Origin: Camelus ferus
Taxonomy: Eukaryota
Assembly (NCBI RefSeq): GCF_009834535.1
Contig: NC_045696.1
Span: 58,406,001 to 58,470,000, forward strand
DNA: 64,000 nucleotides
Direction of reading: 5' to 3'
The position numbers were made by a program, and so were the translations under genes. Under the pieces are notes generated by a model. That model was not told the DNA's origin. It was given only the letters and a program-made list of their open reading frames with translations, and did not search any database. Numbering within the stretch: position 1 is the first letter of the stretch; each line of letters starts with the position of its first letter. This document shows, piece after piece, positions 61,651-64,000 of this stretch.

Positions 61651-63139
61651 GTAAGTTTGATGGTCTTGGTAGCACATCTTGACCCCTGGCTGTCCGCCGC
61701 TGGAGAGGGCCTTGAGGAGATGAAGTGAACCTTAGGAGCTGCTGACCGTGGCTCAGGGCGTGGGACCCAAGACAGATCTGACCTCCCTAATGTTAGAGCC
61801 CTCTCTGGTGTGCTGACCACATGTCCTCATCCAGTGGGTCACGGGTGGCCTTTCTGGAGGCAGTTCCATTAGCTCCAGGAAGCCGCGTGTGTGTTTTTTG
61901 AGGACCTCCTTTGTCAGTGTCCCATACCCAGGTCTCATCATCTGTGTTTTATTCCATCTCCTTTGAGCGAATGAAGGAAATGCAGCTCTTTACATCCATA
62001 GCCGGACTCACTGAGGCCCAGGTCCGCTGGTTGACGGGCCTTGGGAGTGTCCACGGTGCAGCCTGCAGTGGTTCAGGGTTGAGAATAAAGATTTGACGAT
62101 CCCCCTCAGCCTGGGTATTAGTTCACTAGGGGCAGGGTGTTGGGGTGGGGGACACAATTAAACCCGGGACAGTTTGCAAGTCCAGAGAAGCTGAGTAGCC
62201 TCGTGATTACTTGTCCAAGGATTTTGGAACCTGCAGTTCTTAGCATTTCCCCCTCCTGTGAGGGGACTAACCGGGCCACCACACAGACGCTGTCTCCTGT
62301 CCACACCCCTCCTCCGACACGCACCTGCAAACATAGATGCACACAGATGCACATCCACACATAACTTGGATATTTGAGAATACTTCCTCATTTCAGCACT
62401 AGTGGGGAGATGAAGTAAAAGAAGGCTTACTCCAGCCTTTGCAGAGGTCCCTGGTACATGGTGTAATGATGCCCATGTGAGGACCAAGACTTCAGAGTCA
62501 CAAACTCTAGAGACAAGGAGAACTGTGCAAAGTAGCAGCATCCAGATGGAGTTACTTTGTTAGGACGTTGGTCCTCAGACTTAGATGTGCGTGAGCATCA
62601 CCTGGTGTTGAGGTGCTTATTTGAAGTATAGTCCTGGGGCTGCTGTCCCTGGAGCTTTGATTCAGGAGGTGTGAAGGGAACCCTCAGCCATTAGGTTTTA
62701 AAAACACCAGCTTATAGAATGAGGAGCAGAGTTTCCACTAGGTGCAGGAGAGGCCCCTGGCAAGGGGTGAGTGGGCTGCCGAGGTTCAGGTCTCTGCTCC
62801 TCTCGTTTTTTCTGCTCATCACATGAGACAGATTCTAAGAGTAGCCAGACCTTTGTCTTAGGGATCAGAAGGGAGCAGTGGTTCATCTCCAGGAAGGATG
62901 AGGCCCCACAGTCACCTCTCCAGCCTCACTCTGGTGCCAGGGCGGGCTCACTGGGAAGGCCTGAGCAGGGTAGGGGTTTGGGCGAGGTCCCATGCTTGCA
63001 CTGTGGTTAGAGAGCCGATGCAGTCAGAGCATGCATCCTTGCAGATACCTGCTCCAGAGGCCTTACACCAGTAGCAAGCCCAAGGGCCCCTGTCCTTCCT
63101 GTCCATAGTTACCACTGCTGAACTCCTGCAAAGCAGTAG

Positions 63140-63545
63140 GACAAGGCTTTGGGGTCTGAGAGCCCTGCACTCAGATCGTGACCCTAAGCCATTTACTTGA
63201 TGCTGCTAAACCCCAGTTTCCCATCTGTGAAGTGGAGACAATACTTCTCCCATAGACTTGTCTAGAGAATTAAGTTAGATTATTGTGCCAGGTGTTAGCA
63301 CCATGCGTGGTGTGTGAAAATACTCGGAAGCGTGTTTATTATTGATGCCAGCTCTCACGTGGAGCTGTAACTGACAGCACCACCACCTAAGTGCTGATAC
63401 CTGCCCAGGCTTTGCAGACTGCTTTTATAGCTGTTACCCCATTTCATCCTCAGATCCTACCGAGGCCGGAGTTTTTATTCCTAGTTCCTTGACGAAGAAA
63501 CTTAGGTTCAGAGAGGTTAAGGGCCTTGCCCAGGGACAGATAGTA
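63140..63545. mobile_element. Two MIR fragments in opposite orientation
   Basis: ccccagtttcccatctgtgaagtggagacaata (plus) and ccatttcatcctcag...ggttcagagaggttaagggccttgcccaggg (minus). Confidence 0.65.
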
Positions 63546-64000
63546 GTCCCTTGGGGAGCTTGGAAGGAATCCTTCAGGCACAGCATAAACAGCAGACAGC
63601 TCTGAGATGGAGAGCTGAGGCCACCAGCAGCAGGGTGAGCAGACAGTGCTGAGTGGGGCCGATGGTGCTTCCAGGCTTGTGCACAAGTGGCCACGCTGCA
63701 GGTGACTGAGATGTGCCCACCAGCAGACCAGCCTGGGGGGAGGCAGGATTCAGGGATGGGGCAGAGCAGAAAGTCAGTGGGTGGTGTCAGCCACAGAGCC
63801 AGGGTTTATGGATGGGACCTGGAGGGCACAGAAGGGAGGAAGACAGGAAGTCTGGAAGGGGCCGGTCTTGGTCACGAGAGCAGGGGTGCCTCTAACCAGA
63901 ATGAAGAAGCTGGGGAGGAAAGCTAATTTGGGAGGAGTGGTGGAGAGGGAAGAGTTCTAAATCTTGTTGAGATTGGGGTGACAGTGGGACCTGCAGGTGG

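Larger units (their letters stand above)
1..64000 (+). other. PDIA5: PDIA5 gene body (partial: intron 1 to intron 13; exon 1 and the 3' exons lie outside the window)
   Basis: Twelve exons (127+88+84+46+93+61+68+92+72+137+71+161 = 1100 nt) join with consistent phases into one open frame recognisable as PDIR/PDIA5 (about residues 15-381 in human numbering, recalled). Confidence 0.97.

Noticed and set aside
1..64000. Prokaryote-type systems (CRISPR arrays, operons, defence islands) or a second nested gene
   Set aside because: The sequence is mammalian intron/exon DNA. I found no regularly spaced repeat-spacer array and no second coherent exon chain on either strand; small ncRNAs cannot be excluded without an Rfam search.

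Overview
Mammalian genomic DNA, most likely a camelid (alpaca, llama or camel), judged from six tRNA-Ala-derived vic-1-type SINEs and the L1 3' UTR fragments. The whole window lies inside one + strand gene, PDIA5 (PDIR, ER protein disulfide isomerase A5). Twelve GT-AG coding exons, corresponding to exons 2-13, splice into an uninterrupted 1,100-nt frame. It encodes the end of the signal peptide, the N-terminal non-catalytic thioredoxin-like domain, catalytic domain 1 (WCSLC) and catalytic domain 2 (WCGHC). Exon 1, the promoter and the last exons are outside the window. The introns hold young L1 fragments (one nested, one internally deleted), SINEs with target-site duplications (TSDs), old MIR, L2, MER and MLT relics, and microsatellites. 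Almost all ORFs in the supplied track are non-coding noise. I see no convincing new biological system. The best leads are: an inverted SINE pair bracketing an in-frame, stop-free exon 2-6 block (circRNA candidate); a SINE-L1 chimera inside one perfect TSD; clustered substitutions in catalytic domain 1; and two candidate cryptic exons. Comparisons with human PDIA5 and repeat consensuses are from memory and need checking by alignment. Boundaries of old repeats are approximate.
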